From the NCBI GenBank assembly GCA_047602405.1, contig JASGHJ010000002.1, positions 1,952,001 to 2,016,000 of the forward strand: a stretch of 64,000 bases of DNA, given 5' to 3'. Positions 1 to 10,885 of this stretch are shown one piece after another (position 1 is the stretch's first letter; each line of letters starts with the position of its first letter). The notes under the pieces were generated by a model that was not told the DNA's origin, made no database searches, and worked only from the letters and a program-made list of their open reading frames with translations. The position numbers were made by a program, and so were the translations under genes. This stretch comes from Anaeromyxobacteraceae bacterium. Its GTDB lineage: Bacteria; Myxococcota; Myxococcia; Myxococcales; Anaeromyxobacteraceae.

Positions 1-443
1 TCCCGGATGAGCGTGATCTTCAGACCGGCGGCGGCCAGCGCGCGGAGCGCCGACTCGCGGCCCGCGCCCGGGCCGTTCACGAACACGGTCACGGACTTGA
101 GGCCGTGCTCCATGGCCTTCGCGGCGGCGTCGCCGGCCGCCACCTGGGCGGCGAACGGCGTCGACTTGCGCGAGCCCTTGAAGCCGCGCGCGCCGGCGGA
201 GGACCACGCGATCACGTTGCCGACCGGGTCGGTGATCGTGATCTGCGTGTTGTTGAACGTCGAGGCGATGTGCACCACGCCGTTCGCGATGTTCTTCTTC
301 ACCCGCTTCTTGCCCTTCTTGGGCGTGACGGGCGAGGCGGTGATGGGCTCGATGCCCGTGAGGTTCGGCGCCGCAGGAGGTGCGGAGGCCGCCTCTTCCT
401 TCTTGGCGGGCTGCTTCTCGGTCGTGGGCTTCTCGTCGGCCAC
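1..443 (-). CDS. rpsK: 30S ribosomal protein S11 (3' end runs off window; ~40-aa N-terminal extension)
   Basis: Manual translation from GTG at 443 (GGAG SD): ...[22 protein letters not shown]...[14 protein letters not shown]...[13 protein letters not shown]; follows rpsM. Confidence 0.95.
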   Translation of the reverse strand, partial: MADEKPTTEKQPAKKEEAASAPPAAPNLTGIEPITASPVTPKKGKKRVKKNIANGVVHIASTFNNTQITITDPVGNVIAWSSAGARGFKGSRKSTPFAAQVAAGDAAAKAMEHGLKSVTVFVNGPGAGRESALRALAAAGLKITLIR

Positions 444-471
444 TCGGTTCTCCGTGATCTGGGGCTAGGCG

Positions 472-864
472 TTAGGCCTTCGGCGCGGGCGCCGCGGCGA
501 CCGGCTTGCGCACGAGGCCCTTCTTCGGACCCTTGCGCGTGCGGGCGTTGGTGTGGGTGCGCTGACCGCGGGCCGGGAGGCCCTTGCGGTGACGCAGGCC
601 GCGGTAGCAGCCGAGATCGATCAGGCGCTTGATGTTGAGCGAGACCTCGCGGCGGAGGTCGCCCTCCACCTTGAAGTTCGCCTCGATGACGTCGCGGATC
701 CGGCGGACCTCGTCCTCCGTGAGATCCTTCGTGCGGGTGCCGACCTTCACGTTCGCCTTCTCGGCGATGGCGTAGGCGGTCGTCTTCCCGATCCCGTAGA
801 TGTACTGCAGTGCGACCTCGATCTTCTTCTCACGGGGGAGGTCGATGCCGGCGATGCGAGCCAT
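472..864 (-). CDS. rpsM: 30S ribosomal protein S13
   Basis: [10 protein letters not shown]...[28 protein letters not shown]. Confidence 0.98.
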   Translation of the reverse strand: MARIAGIDLPREKKIEVALQYIYGIGKTTAYAIAEKANVKVGTRTKDLTEDEVRRIRDVIEANFKVEGDLRREVSLNIKRLIDLGCYRGLRHRKGLPARGQRTHTNARTRKGPKKGLVRKPVAAAPAPKA

Positions 865-893
865 TCAGTTCTCTCCGAGTGACGCGGGCTGCG

Positions 894-1010
894 TTAGCCC
901 TGGCGCTGCTTGTGGCGCGGGTTGGCCGGGCAGATGATCCGGACGGTTCCCTTGCGCTTGATGACCTTGCACTTGTCGCAGATCTTCTTGACCGACGCGC
1001 GGACCTTCAT
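894..1010 (-). CDS. rpmJ: 50S ribosomal protein L36 (zinc-binding type)
   Basis: [45 protein letters not shown] upstream. Confidence 0.97.
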   Translation of the reverse strand: MKVRASVKKICDKCKVIKRKGTVRIICPANPRHKQRQG

Positions 1011-1210
1011 TTGCCGACGCCTCCCAGCGTGCTGCGTTCCTAGATGCGAAACCCCAACCTCAAAAGACGAAACGACCCGCCGCGACGGCCGGCGGGTTGG
1101 CGACCGGGAGCTCGTGGGACGCTCCGTCGATAGCCGCCTGAATTCTCCGGGCTTTCCCGGCACACCGGCGCTGCGCGGTCCCTGGTCGGACCGGCCGGTG
1201 CGAGGGCGGC

Positions 1211-1239
1211 CTAATAACACACGTATTTTTGGGACGCAA
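1211..1239 (-). promoter_or_regulatory. Putative sigma70 promoter for rpmJ-rpsM-rpsK
   Basis: TTGCGT-N17-TATTAG in an AT-rich patch between map and rpmJ. Confidence 0.55.
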
Positions 1240-1323
1240 GGACGCCCGGCGCCGTTTGGCGTGCGCCGGGCAGGGACCCCGGCACCCGTCGGGGCCCCGG
1301 CGCGGCGCCGGGGCGGACGCATC

Positions 1324-2091
1324 TCACAAGCTCAGGATCTCAGGCCCCTTTTCGGTGATCGCCACCGTGTGCTCGAAGTGGGCCGCCAGCGACCCGTCGG
1401 CGGTCACCGCGGTCCAGCCGTCGTCCAGCGTCTCCACGTCCGGCCCGCCCGCGGTCACCATGGGCTCGATGGCGAGGACCATCCCGGCCCGCAGGCGCAC
1501 GCCCGTGCCGGGCACCCCGACGTTGGGGACCTGGGGCGGCTCGTGCAGCCGGCGGCCGATCCCGTGGCCCACGAAGTCCCGCACCACCGAGAGGCCGAGC
1601 GGCTCGACGTGGGCCTGGACGGCGGCGCCGATGTCTCCCACCGCCCCGCCGTGCAGCGCGGCGGCGATGGCGCGGTCGAGCGCCTCGCGGCAGACCTCGA
1701 CGAGGCGCGCGGCCGCGGCGGTCCCCTGCCCCACCACCACGGTGCGGGCGGAGTCGCCGTACCAGCCCTCGAGCACGACCCCGAAGTCGAGGCCGACCAC
1801 GTCGCCCTCGCGGAGCACGCGGTCGGGCGAGGGGATCCCGTGCACGACCTCGTCGTTCACCGAGATGCAGAGCGAGGCGGGATAACCCTGGTAGCCGAGG
1901 AACGCGGGCGCGGCGCCGCGCGCCCGCGCGCCGCGCGAGGCGACCTCGTCGAGCGCGAGCGTCGTGACGCCCGGGCGGCAGGCGGCGGCGAGCTCGTCGA
2001 GCACCGCCCGCACGACCTGGCAGGCGTCCCGGATCCGCGCGATCTCGTCGGCGGTCCTGAGCAGGATCCGGTCGCGCGGCGTGCCGTCCAC
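1324..2091 (-). CDS. map: Methionine aminopeptidase type I
   Basis: [47 protein letters not shown] start just after adk stop. Confidence 0.96.
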   Translation of the reverse strand: MDGTPRDRILLRTADEIARIRDACQVVRAVLDELAAACRPGVTTLALDEVASRGARARGAAPAFLGYQGYPASLCISVNDEVVHGIPSPDRVLREGDVVGLDFGVVLEGWYGDSARTVVVGQGTAAAARLVEVCREALDRAIAAALHGGAVGDIGAAVQAHVEPLGLSVVRDFVGHGIGRRLHEPPQVPNVGVPGTGVRLRAGMVLAIEPMVTAGGPDVETLDDGWTAVTADGSLAAHFEHTVAITEKGPEILSL

Positions 2092-2093
2092 CG

Positions 2094-2747
2094 TCAGCCC
2101 TTCTTCACCCCGATGCCGGAGAGCGTCGCGTGGAGCACCGCGTCGGGTGCGAGCATCCCGTCGATCTGGAGGATCGACTTGCGCGCGCCGTAGAAGGCCT
2201 TCAGCGGGGCGGTCTTCGCGGCGTACTCCTGCATGCGGTGGAGCACCTTCTCCGGCCGGTCGTCCTCGCGCAGCACGAGCGGGGTCTGATCCCGGTCGCA
2301 CATGCCCTCGCGCCGGGGCGGGTTCGCGGTCACGTGGTAGGCCTGGCCGCACGACGGGCAGCTGCGGCGGCCGGAGATCCGCTCCACGATCGCGCCCTCG
2401 TTCACCTCGTACGAGACGACGCGGTCGAGCTTCCGGCCGGTCTCCTGGAGGAGCTGCTCGAGGAACTCGGCCTGGGGGATGGTGCGCGGGTAACCGTCGA
2501 GGATGAAGCCACCGCGCACGTCGGCGCGGGCGACCCGGTCCCGCACCATCTCGTTCGTGACCTCGTCGGGGACGAGGCCGCCGGCCGCCATGATCGCCTT
2601 GACCTGCATGCCGAGGTCGGTCCCCCGGCTCGTGTGGTCGCGGAACATGTCGCCCGTCGACACGTGCGGGATCCGCAGCTCGTTGGCGAGGAGCTTCGCC
2701 TGCGTACCCTTACCGGCTCCGGGCGGCCCCAGGAGGATGAGGATCAC
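2094..2747 (-). CDS. adk: Adenylate kinase
   Basis: GPPGAGKGTQA P-loop, STGDMFR, LDGYPRT, Cys-containing LID. Confidence 0.97.
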   Translation of the reverse strand: MILILLGPPGAGKGTQAKLLANELRIPHVSTGDMFRDHTSRGTDLGMQVKAIMAAGGLVPDEVTNEMVRDRVARADVRGGFILDGYPRTIPQAEFLEQLLQETGRKLDRVVSYEVNEGAIVERISGRRSCPSCGQAYHVTANPPRREGMCDRDQTPLVLREDDRPEKVLHRMQEYAAKTAPLKAFYGARKSILQIDGMLAPDAVLHATLSGIGVKKG

Positions 2748-2826
2748 ACCGACCTCCGAGAAGCGACGAAACTCAGAGACTCGAGAAGCAGCTCAATAGA
2801 CCGGTTTCCGAAAAAACCTGTCTCCC

Positions 2827-2861
2827 AAAAGCCGAAGGGCCCCGTCCCCGGGGCCCTTCGG
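2827..2861 (-). terminator. Intrinsic terminator-like hairpin after secY
   Basis: 12-bp stem CCGAAGGGCCCC/GGGGCCCTTCGG followed by CTTTT on the minus strand. Confidence 0.6.
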
Positions 2862-4197
2862 TCAGGCGTTGACCGCCTGTCCCGTCGCGAGCCTGCGGCC
2901 GCGGATTCGCGGTCCCCGAGGTCCCGTGAAGCCCTCGTAGTGCCGTGTGATGAGGTGTCCCTCGATCTGCTGAACGGTGTCAAGCGCGACGCCGACCACG
3001 ATGAGCAGGGACGTGCCGCCGAAGTAGAACTGGATGTTGAACTCGTTCGTGAGGACGGTCGGCAGCACGCAGATGACGGCGAGGTAGATGGCGCCGCCGA
3101 ACGTGATGCGGGACAGCACGAAGTCGATGTAGTCGGCCGTGGTCTTGCCCGGGCGGATGCCGGGGATGTAGCCGCCGTACTTCTTGAGGTTGTCGGCGAC
3201 GTCGACCGGGTTGAAGGTCACCGCCGTGTAGAAGTACGCGAAGAAGATGATCAGGACGACGTAGAGGGTGTCGTACACCCACGGATCCTGCTGGATGGCC
3301 TGCGCCACGCCCTGGAGCGCCGGGAACCAGCCGCCGAGGGTCGCGGGGAAGAGGCAGCAGCGAGGAGGCGAAGATCGGCGGGATGACGCCCGAGGTGTTG
3401 ACCTTGAGCGGCAGGTGGGTCGACTGGCCGCCGTAGAGCTTCCGGCCGACCATCCGCTTCGCGTACTGGATCGGGATCCGGCGCTGGCCGCGCTCCACGA
3501 ACACGACCGCCGCGATCACCGACACCATGATCACGACGAGGAGGAGCATCCCGAGCTCGGACACCGCGGCGCCGGTCGAGAAGCCCTGGTACGTGTTGAA
3601 CGCGGCGCGGGGCGCGCGGGCCACGATGCCGGCGAAGATGATGAGCGAGATGCCGTTGCCGATGCCGCGCTCGGTGATCTGCTCGCCCATCCACATGATG
3701 AAGGACGTGCCGGCCGCGAGCGAGATCATCGTCATCAGCCGGAAGCCCCAGCCCGGGTCCGCCACCACCGCGATGCCCGTGGGATCGCGGAGCGACTCGA
3801 GGTAGGTGGCGATGCCGTAGCCCTGCAGGGCGGAGAGCACCACCGTCACGTACCGGGTGTACTGGGTGATCTTGCGGCGGCCGAGCTCGCCCTCCTTCTG
3901 CATCTTCTCGAGCGCGGGGACGACCACCGCGAGGAGCTGCAGGATGATGGAGGCCGAGACGTACGGCATGATGCCGAGGGCGAAGATCGAGAGCTGCTCG
4001 AACGCGCCGCCGGAGAAGAAGTTGAGGAGGCCGAGGAGGCTGCCCGAGGACACCACGTTCTGCATCGCCTCGCGGTCGACGCCGGGCGTGGTGACGTAGA
4101 TGCCGAGCCGGTACACGGCCAGCATCCCGAGCGAGAAGAACAGCCGCTTCCTCAGCTCCTGGATGCGGAAGATGTTGACGAGCGCGCTCGCTGCCAT
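2862..4197 (-). CDS. secY: Preprotein translocase SecY (apparent +1 frameshift at ~3353, probably a sequencing error)
   Basis: ORFs 2980..4197 ([27 protein letters not shown]) and 2862..3308 ([21 protein letters not shown]) join into one frame if one G is removed. Confidence 0.95.
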
Positions 4198-4264
4198 GTG
4201 AACCCCTTGTTACGGCCCGACGCCCTGTGGTGGGGACCCTGCGGCCCCCTCCCCCGTGCTGCCT

Positions 4265-4777
4265 CTACTTCTTCGCGGCCTTCTTGGCGGCCTTCGCGGC
4301 GATGCGCTCGGCCTTCTGCTTCGCGCCCATCGTGGTGGGCCGCTCGATGAGCTCGATCTTGCCGCCCGCCTTCTCGATGGCCTCGCGGGCGCCCGCGGTG
4401 ACGCGGTGCACCTTCACCTGCACGGCGCTCTTGAGCTCGCCGCCGGCGAGGATGACGACGCCGTCCTGGTTGCCGTTGATGAGGCCGGCGGCCTCGAGCG
4501 CGGCCGGGTCGACGAGGCCGGTGAGGCCCTCGAGGTCGCCCACCTTGACCTCCTCGAGCTCGCGCCGGAAGAGGTTGTGGAACCCGAACTTCGGGAGGCG
4601 GCGCTGGAGCGGCATCTGGCCGCCCTCGAAGCCCTCGAACCGCATGTTGCCGGTGCGGGCCTTCTGGCCCTTGCCGCCGCGGCCGGCGGTCTTGCCGAGG
4701 CCGGAGGCCTGGCCACGGCCGACGCGCTTCTTGACCTTGTTGGCGCCCTTGGGCGCCTTGAGCTGGGAAAGCGACAT
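4265..4777 (-). CDS. rplO: 50S ribosomal protein L15
   Basis: RVGRGQASGLGKTAGRGGKGQKAR, FEGGQMPLQRRLPKFGF; Lys/Ala C-terminal tail. Confidence 0.97.
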   Translation of the reverse strand: MSLSQLKAPKGANKVKKRVGRGQASGLGKTAGRGGKGQKARTGNMRFEGFEGGQMPLQRRLPKFGFHNLFRRELEEVKVGDLEGLTGLVDPAALEAAGLINGNQDGVVILAGGELKSAVQVKVHRVTAGAREAIEKAGGKIELIERPTTMGAKQKAERIAAKAAKKAAKK

Positions 4778-4814
4778 GGAAGAGGTCCCTTCTATCACGC
4801 GAGGGGCGTCCGGC

Positions 4815-5048
4815 CTACGACCGGGCGGCCTTCGCCTTCTTGGCCTTGCGGCTGAGCGGCGCGGGGGCGTCGACCCGCTCCCAGGAGACGAGGTACGCGA
4901 CCTTCGCGATCATCCCGGCCGTCTGCGCGGTGTCCGGGAGGAGCTTCGTCGAGTCGCGCTTCTTGAGGCCCATGCCCGCGACGACCGTGCGGTGCGGCGC
5001 GGGGACACCCGCGAGGCCGCGGACCAGCTTCACCTTGATGGCTGCCAC
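4815..5048 (-). CDS. rpmD: 50S ribosomal protein L30
   Basis: IKVKLVRG...GMGLKK...GMIAKVAYLV; lies between rpsE and rplO. Confidence 0.9.
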   Translation of the reverse strand: MAAIKVKLVRGLAGVPAPHRTVVAGMGLKKRDSTKLLPDTAQTAGMIAKVAYLVSWERVDAPAPLSRKAKKAKAARS

Positions 5049-5084
5049 AGTTCTTCCTCCGAACCCAGTGAGGCGGTCGAACGG

Positions 5085-5588
5085 CTACTCGGACAGCTCG
5101 GCGGCGGTCTTGCCGCGGGCCCGAGCGGCCGCATCCGGCGAGCGGAGCCGCTTCAGCCCCGCCACGGTGGCCTTGATGACGTTGTGCGGGTTCCGCGAGC
5201 CCTGGCTCTTCGTGAGCACGTTGCGGATGCCCGCGGCCTCGACGACGGCGCGGACGGCGCCGCCGGCGATGACGCCGGTACCCTCACCGGCCGGCTTGAG
5301 CAGGACCCAGCCGGCGCCGAAGTGCCCGAGCACCTCGTGCGGGATGGACGTGCCGGCGAGCGGGACGCGGAACAGGTTCTTCTTCGCCTGGTCGCCGCCC
5401 TTGCGGATCGCCTCGGGGACCTCGTTCGCCTTCCCGAGGCCGACGCCCACGTGGCCGTTGCCGTCGCCGACGACGACGAGCGCCGAGAAGCTGAACCGGC
5501 GGCCGCCCTTCACGACCTTGGCGACGCGGTTGATGTGGACGACCTTGTCGGTCAGGTCGAGATCGTTCGCGTTGATGGGAGTGGCCAT
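5085..5588 (-). CDS. rpsE: 30S ribosomal protein S5
   Basis: [33 protein letters not shown]. Confidence 0.98.
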   Translation of the reverse strand: MATPINANDLDLTDKVVHINRVAKVVKGGRRFSFSALVVVGDGNGHVGVGLGKANEVPEAIRKGGDQAKKNLFRVPLAGTSIPHEVLGHFGAGWVLLKPAGEGTGVIAGGAVRAVVEAAGIRNVLTKSQGSRNPHNVIKATVAGLKRLRSPDAAARARGKTAAELSE

Positions 5589-5601
5589 TCTCTCGTTACC
5601 C

Positions 5602-5961
5602 CTAGAACTTGAGCCCGGCTTCACGCGCCGCGGCGGCGACGGCCTGGACGCGGCCGTGGTAGTCGAACCCGTTGCGGTCGAACACGACCGCCTCGATCCC
5701 CTTGGCGAGCGCGGCCTTCGCGATGGCCGCGCCGATCTTCTTGGCGGCGCCGGTCTTGTCGGCCTCGCCGAGCTCGCTCTGGAACGCCTTCGAGGTCGTC
5801 CCGACCGACAGGAGCGTCTTGCCGGCCACGTCGTCCACGAGCTGGGCGTACATGTGCTTGAGGCTCTTGTAGACCGTGAGCCGCGGACGGGCGGCGGTGC
5901 CGCTGATCTTGCGCCGGATGCGGGCCTTGCGCTTCTCGCGCGAGGTGACGTGCTTCGCCAT
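5602..5961 (-). CDS. rplR: 50S ribosomal protein L18
   Basis: [23 protein letters not shown]. Confidence 0.97.
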   Translation of the reverse strand: MAKHVTSREKRKARIRRKISGTAARPRLTVYKSLKHMYAQLVDDVAGKTLLSVGTTSKAFQSELGEADKTGAAKKIGAAIAKAALAKGIEAVVFDRNGFDYHGRVQAVAAAAREAGLKF

Positions 5962-6021
5962 GGTGCTCCTCCTTGCGGCGGCGGTGGGTCAGCCGCCGCA
6001 TGAGCCTGCTGCGTGGGGGCG

Positions 6022-6564
6022 CTACGCGGCGCCGGTCTTGCCTTCCTTGCGGCGGATGGTCTCTTCCGCGTACTTGATGCCCTTGCCCTTGTACGGCTCG
6101 GGCGGGCGCAGCGCGCGGACCTGGGCGGCGGTGAGGCCGAGCAGGTGCTTGTCGACGCCCTTGAGCGTCACCTTGGTCTGCTTCGCGTCGACCTCGGCCG
6201 TCACGCCCTCGGGGAGCTTGAAGACGACCGGGTGCGAGAAGCCGAGGGTGAAGTGAATCTCCTTCGCCTTCACCTCGGCCTTGAAGCCGACGCCGTTGAT
6301 CTCGAGGCCGCGCTCGTAGCCCTTCACGACGCCCTCGACGGCGTTCTTCAGGAGGGTCCGGGTCAGGCCGTGCAGGCCCTTGGCGAGGCGGCCCTCGTCC
6401 GGGCGGGTGACCTTCACCTCGCCCTTCTCGACGGCCACCTTCACGACCGGGTTCGTGGCGAAGGACATCTTGCCCTTCGGCCCCTCGACCTTCACGACCT
6501 GCCCGTCGACGGAGACCTTGACCTTCTCCGGGATCTTGACGGGGAGCTTTCCGACTCGGGACAT
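6022..6564 (-). CDS. rplF: 50S ribosomal protein L6
   Basis: [22 protein letters not shown]. Confidence 0.98.
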   Translation of the reverse strand: MSRVGKLPVKIPEKVKVSVDGQVVKVEGPKGKMSFATNPVVKVAVEKGEVKVTRPDEGRLAKGLHGLTRTLLKNAVEGVVKGYERGLEINGVGFKAEVKAKEIHFTLGFSHPVVFKLPEGVTAEVDAKQTKVTLKGVDKHLLGLTAAQVRALRPPEPYKGKGIKYAEETIRRKEGKTGAA

Positions 6565-6583
6565 GACTGGTTCGCTCCTCTTC

Positions 6584-6988
6584 CTACCAGACCGTGCAGA
6601 TCAGCTCGCCGCCGACCTTCTGCTTGCGGGCCTCGCGGTCCGCCATGACGCCCTTCGAGGTCGACAGGATGGCGATGCCCATCCCGTTCAACACCCGGGG
6701 GATCTCGTCGGTGGGGACGTAGCGGCGCAGGCCCGGCTTCGACACCCGCTTGATGTCGCTGATGGCCGGCTCGCGATCGCCGTCGTACTTCAGCACGACG
6801 GTGATGGCGCCCTGGTGCCCCGGGGTGCCCTCGTGGACCACGAACTCCTTGATGAAGCCCTCGTCGCGCAGGACCTCCGCGATGCGGACCTTCAGCCGGG
6901 AGGCCGGGATGAGGACCTTCTCGTGCCGCGCGGCGGACGCGTTGCGGATGCGCGTCAGCATGTCGCCAATGGGATCGGTGAAGCTCAT
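6584..6988 (-). CDS. rpsH: 30S ribosomal protein S8
   Basis: [30 protein letters not shown]. Confidence 0.98.
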   Translation of the reverse strand: MSFTDPIGDMLTRIRNASAARHEKVLIPASRLKVRIAEVLRDEGFIKEFVVHEGTPGHQGAITVVLKYDGDREPAISDIKRVSKPGLRRYVPTDEIPRVLNGMGIAILSTSKGVMADREARKQKVGGELICTVW

Positions 6989-7001
6989 TGAGGTCTCTCT
7001 C

Positions 7002-7187
7002 CTACCAGCTCGACTTGATGACGCCGGTGATCTCGCCCTGGAGCGCGCGCTGCCGGAAGCACAGGCGGCACATCTGGAACTTGCGGAGGAAGGCCCGGGG
7101 CCGACCGCAGATCGGGCAGCGGTTGTACTGGCGAACCGGGAACTTCAGCTTGCGCTTCGCCTGCGCCATCTTCGAGAGCTTGGCCAT
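7002..7187 (-). CDS. rpsN: 30S ribosomal protein S14 type Z (zinc-binding)
   Basis: 61 aa, RCPICGRPR...CRLCFR...KSSW. Confidence 0.96.
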   Translation of the reverse strand: MAKLSKMAQAKRKLKFPVRQYNRCPICGRPRAFLRKFQMCRLCFRQRALQGEITGVIKSSW

Positions 7188-7198
7188 GAATGTCTCCG

Positions 7199-7741
7199 TT
7201 ACTGACGGAACGGCATGCCGAGGTGGCGCAGCAGGGCCCGGCCTTCCTCGTCGTTCCTGGCGGTCGTCACGACCGTGATGTTGAGCCCTTTGATCTTCTC
7301 GACCTTGTCGTAGTTGATCTCGGGGAAGATGATCTGCTCGCGGACGCCGAGGGTGTAGTTGCCCTTGCCGTCGAAGGCCTTCGGCGAGACGCCCTTGAAG
7401 TCACGGACGCGGGGCAGCGCGATCGTCACGAGGCGGTCGAAGAACTCGTACATCCGGTCGCCGCGCAGCGTCACCATGGCGCCGATGGACTGGCCCTGGC
7501 GGAGCTTGAAGTTCGCGATCGACTTGCGGGCGCGGGTGACGACCGGCTTCTGGCCGGTGATCGCCCCGAGCTGCTCGACCGAGACGTCGATGATCTTGCC
7601 GTTGTTGATGGCCTCGCCCAGGCCCATGTTGACGACGATCTTCTCGAGCTTGGGCGCCTGCATCGTGTTCTTGAACCCGAACTCCTTCATGAGCTCGGAC
7701 CGCACCGACTGCTCGTACCGCTCCCTCAGACGCGCTGCCAT
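7199..7741 (-). CDS. rplE: 50S ribosomal protein L5
   Basis: [24 protein letters not shown]. Confidence 0.98.
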   Translation of the reverse strand: MAARLRERYEQSVRSELMKEFGFKNTMQAPKLEKIVVNMGLGEAINNGKIIDVSVEQLGAITGQKPVVTRARKSIANFKLRQGQSIGAMVTLRGDRMYEFFDRLVTIALPRVRDFKGVSPKAFDGKGNYTLGVREQIIFPEINYDKVEKIKGLNITVVTTARNDEEGRALLRHLGMPFRQ

Positions 7742-7804
7742 GTGACGCTCTCCTTGCCTTCGTACGGGACCTGCGAATCCCCGGACGATGCGTTGTTCGT
7801 TGGG

Positions 7805-8119
7805 TTACTTCGCGGCCTTGCGCTTCTCGAGCTTCGCCTTCTCCTTGGCGCCGAGGTCGCGCTGGATCTTCTCCTTGCGCACCGCCTCGGTGCCCTGGAG
7901 CACCATCACGCTCGAGATGGCGATGGAGCCGGCCTTCTCGATGATGCCGCCGTCGGGCTGCGACGGGTTGCGGCCCTTCTTCAGGTGCCGCTTCAGCGTC
8001 ATGAGCTTCTCGACGACCACCCGCCCCTTCTCGCGGTTGACCTCGAGGACCCGGCCCTGCTTCCCCTTCTCCCTGCCGGCGATCACCTTGACGGTGTCGC
8101 CCTTGCGGATGTCGGGCAT
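7805..8119 (-). CDS. rplX: 50S ribosomal protein L24
   Basis: KOW motif IRKGDTVKVIAGREKGKQG; lies between rplN and rplE. Confidence 0.93.
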   Translation of the reverse strand: MPDIRKGDTVKVIAGREKGKQGRVLEVNREKGRVVVEKLMTLKRHLKKGRNPSQPDGGIIEKAGSIAISSVMVLQGTEAVRKEKIQRDLGAKEKAKLEKRKAAK

Positions 8120-8121
8120 GA

Positions 8122-8490
8122 CTAGAGGACCTCCGGGGCCAGCGAGATGATCTTCATGAACTTGCGGGCGCGGAGCTCGCGGGCGACCGGCCCGAAGATG
8201 CGGGTGCCGATCGGCTCGAGATCCTTGTTGATGAGCACGGCCGAGTTGCCGTCGAAGCGGATGTAGCTGCCGTCCGGCCGCTTCACCTCGCGGCTGGTCC
8301 GCACGATGACGGCCCGGGCGACCTCGCCCTTCTTCACCTTGGCGGCCGGGATCGCCTCCTTCACCGAGACGACGATGACGTCGCCGATGGAGGCGTAGCG
8401 GCGCTTCGTGCCGCCCAGCACCTTGATGCACTGGACGAGCTTGGCGCCGGAGTTGTCGGCCACGTCGAGGTAGGTCTCCTGCTGGATCAT
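8122..8490 (-). CDS. rplN: 50S ribosomal protein L14
   Basis: [21 protein letters not shown]. Confidence 0.98.
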   Translation of the reverse strand: MIQQETYLDVADNSGAKLVQCIKVLGGTKRRYASIGDVIVVSVKEAIPAAKVKKGEVARAVIVRTSREVKRPDGSYIRFDGNSAVLINKDLEPIGTRIFGPVARELRARKFMKIISLAPEVL

Positions 8491-8494
8491 GGCG

Positions 8495-8755
8495 CTAGAC
8501 CTCCGTCGCCTTCACGAGGGTCTCGGCCACGCGCCACCGCTTGTCCTTGGACATGGGGCGCGTCTCGACGATCCTGACGCGATCGCCGATCTTGCAGGCC
8601 TGCTCCTCGTCGTGCGCCTTGTACTTCTCGGCCTTGGTGATGATCTTCCCGTACTTGGGGTCCGCCACGCGGCGCTCGACCTTGACGACGACGGTCTTCG
8701 TCATCTTGTTCGAGACGACCACGCCGATGCGGGACTTCCGGTGTCCACGCTCCAT
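8495..8755 (-). CDS. rpsQ: 30S ribosomal protein S17
   Basis: [25 protein letters not shown]. Confidence 0.96.
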   Translation of the reverse strand: MERGHRKSRIGVVVSNKMTKTVVVKVERRVADPKYGKIITKAEKYKAHDEEQACKIGDRVRIVETRPMSKDKRWRVAETLVKATEV

Positions 8756-8760
8756 GATGA

Positions 8761-8973
8761 TCACTTCGCCTTCCCGGCCGCGGCGCGCTGCTTCTCGCTC
8801 GCGACCATCAGGATCCGGGCGATCTCCTTCCGCGTCTTGCCGAGTTCCGCGGTCGAGTCGAGCACGCCGGTCGAGTGCTTGTTCTTGAGGTCGAACAGGG
8901 TCTGCTTCAGCTCCGCGGCGCGGGCCTGGAGGTCCTTCTCATCGAGCTCGCGCAGCTCCTTGACGGTCGCCAT
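8761..8973 (-). CDS. rpmC: 50S ribosomal protein L29
   Basis: KELRE...LFDLK...RKEIARI; expected position. Confidence 0.93.
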   Translation of the reverse strand: MATVKELRELDEKDLQARAAELKQTLFDLKNKHSTGVLDSTAELGKTRKEIARILMVASEKQRAAAGKAK

Positions 8974-8983
8974 CGCTCGCCTC

Positions 8984-9400
8984 CTACAGGGTGGCCCCGC
9001 GCTTCACCATCTTGGTGGAGACGGGGAGCTTGTGCGCGGCGAGGTGGAACGCCTTCTTGGCGGTCGCGTCGTCGACGCCGGACATCTCGTAGAGGATGCG
9101 GCCGGGCTTCACGACGGCCACGTAGTACTCCACGTTGCCCTTGCCGGTTCCCATTCGAGTCTCGGCGGGCTTCTTGGTGATGGGCTTGTCCGGGAAGACC
9201 CGGATCCAGAGCTTCCCGCCGCGCTTCACGTAGCGCGTGATCGCGATGCGGGCCGCCTCGATCTGCCGGGCGGTGAGGTACCCGCACTCGGTCGCCTGGA
9301 GGCCGTGCTCGCCCTGGTTGAGGTCGGATCCGCGGTAGGCCTTCCCGCGCATCTTCCCCTTCTGCATCTTGCGGTACTTCGTACGTGCCGGCTGGAGCAT
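8984..9400 (-). CDS. rplP: 50S ribosomal protein L16
   Basis: [26 protein letters not shown]. Confidence 0.98.
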   Translation of the reverse strand: MLQPARTKYRKMQKGKMRGKAYRGSDLNQGEHGLQATECGYLTARQIEAARIAITRYVKRGGKLWIRVFPDKPITKKPAETRMGTGKGNVEYYVAVVKPGRILYEMSGVDDATAKKAFHLAAHKLPVSTKMVKRGATL

Positions 9401-9418
9401 GATCCTCTCCCGATTCCC

Positions 9419-10093
9419 TTACGGCCGCGCCCCGCCGCTCGAGCGCGGCGGGCGGTTGGCGGCGGACTGCGGGAGCACCTCGCCCCGCATGACCCACACC
9501 TTGCAGCCGATCTTCCCGTAGGTCGTCTTCGCCTCGGCGAACCCGTAGTCGATGTCCGCGCGGAGGGTGTGCAGGGGCACGCGGCCCTCGCGGTACCACT
9601 CGTAGCGGGCCATCTCGGAGCCGCCCAGGCGGCCCGAGCACGCGACGCGGATGCCCTTCGCCCCGAACTTGAGGGCGGTCTGCACCGCCTTCTTCATCGC
9701 GCGGCGGAAGGCGATGCGGCGCTCGAGCTGCGTCGCGATGTTCTCGGCGACGAGCTGGGCGTCGGTCTCGGCCTTACGGACCTCGACGACGTTCAGGTAG
9801 ATCTCGTTCTCCGTCAGCGCCTGCAGGTCCTTCTTGATCGTCTCGATCCCGGCGCCGCGCTTGCCGATCACGATGCCCGGCCGCGCGGTGTGGACGTTGA
9901 TCTTGACCTTGTTGGCGGCGCGCTCGATCTCGATCCGGGAGATGCCGGCCTGGCCGAGCTTCTCCTTGCAGAACTCGCGGAGGCGGATGTCCTCGTGCAG
10001 CCACTTCGCGTAGTTCTTCTCCTCGTACCACTTCGACTCCCAGGAGCGGATGACCCCCAGGCGGAAGCCGATCGGATGGACTTTCTGACCCAT
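9419..10093 (-). CDS. rpsC: 30S ribosomal protein S3
   Basis: [27 protein letters not shown]. Confidence 0.98.
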   Translation of the reverse strand: MGQKVHPIGFRLGVIRSWESKWYEEKNYAKWLHEDIRLREFCKEKLGQAGISRIEIERAANKVKINVHTARPGIVIGKRGAGIETIKKDLQALTENEIYLNVVEVRKAETDAQLVAENIATQLERRIAFRRAMKKAVQTALKFGAKGIRVACSGRLGGSEMARYEWYREGRVPLHTLRADIDYGFAEAKTTYGKIGCKVWVMRGEVLPQSAANRPPRSSGGARP

Positions 10094-10115
10094 GCTTGAC
10101 TCGCTTTCCTATCGG

Positions 10116-10547
10116 CTACGCCCGGGTCTCGGACCCGAGCTCGACGTAGACGTGGCTGGTCTTCTTCTCGACGCGGAACGCGCGCCCCTGGGCGCGCGGC
10201 ATGAACCGGCGCATCTTCGGGCCCTGGTCGACGGTCAGCGTCTTCACGACGAGCGCGTCGACGTCGACCCGCCCGCCCTTGTTCTCGGCGTTCGCGACGG
10301 CGGAGCGGAGCAGCTTGGCGAGCGGCTTCGCGGCGGCGTGCGGCCGGAACTTGAGGATGGCGAGCGCGTCGCCCACCGCGAGGCCGCGCACCTGGTCCGC
10401 CACGAGGCGGACCTTGCGCGGGGCGATGCGGAGGAAGCTCAGCGACGCGTGCGGCCCGGGCGGCGGCGGCGCGGGGCGGTTCTTCCGGGAGCGCGACGGC
10501 GGCGGCGCGGTCCGGACCTTCTTCTTCGGCGTGTTGGTCTCGGCCAT
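10116..10547 (-). CDS. rplV: 50S ribosomal protein L22 (Pro/Lys-rich N-terminal extension)
   Basis: IAPRKVRLVAD, SAVANAEN, PRAQGRA. Confidence 0.96.
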   Translation of the reverse strand: MAETNTPKKKVRTAPPPSRSRKNRPAPPPPGPHASLSFLRIAPRKVRLVADQVRGLAVGDALAILKFRPHAAAKPLAKLLRSAVANAENKGGRVDVDALVVKTLTVDQGPKMRRFMPRAQGRAFRVEKKTSHVYVELGSETRA

Positions 10548-10559
10548 GATGGTCCTCGC

Positions 10560-10865
10560 TTACTTCTTCGCCGGGGCCGACGGCGCAGGCGCCGTGGCGG
10601 CCTTCTTCTCGGCCGAGTGGCCGTGGAAGGTCCGGGTCGGCGCGAACTCGCCGAGCTTGTGGCCGACCATGTTCTCGGTGACGAACACCGGGACGAACTT
10701 CCGCCCGTTGTGCACCGCGAACGTGTGGCCGACGAAGTCGGGCAGGATGGTGCTCCGCCGCGACCAGGTCTTGATGACCGACTTCTTGTTGCCCTTGTTC
10801 GCGTCCTCGACCTTCTTGGTGAGGTGCTTGTCGGCGAACGGGCCCTTCTTGATCGAACGCGCCAT
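10560..10865 (-). CDS. rpsS: 30S ribosomal protein S19
   Basis: [27 protein letters not shown]. Confidence 0.98.
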   Translation of the reverse strand: MARSIKKGPFADKHLTKKVEDANKGNKKSVIKTWSRRSTILPDFVGHTFAVHNGRKFVPVFVTENMVGHKLGEFAPTRTFHGHSAEKKAATAPAPSAPAKK

Positions 10866-10885
10866 GGTGGTCGTCCTCTAGCCGG

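Noticed and set aside
2862..4197. secY (and pheS, galE-like, glcD-like, phoD) as pseudogenes or programmed frameshifts
   Set aside because: secY and pheS are essential, both halves are undegraded, no slippery sites are seen, and the breaks share sequence contexts typical of read errors
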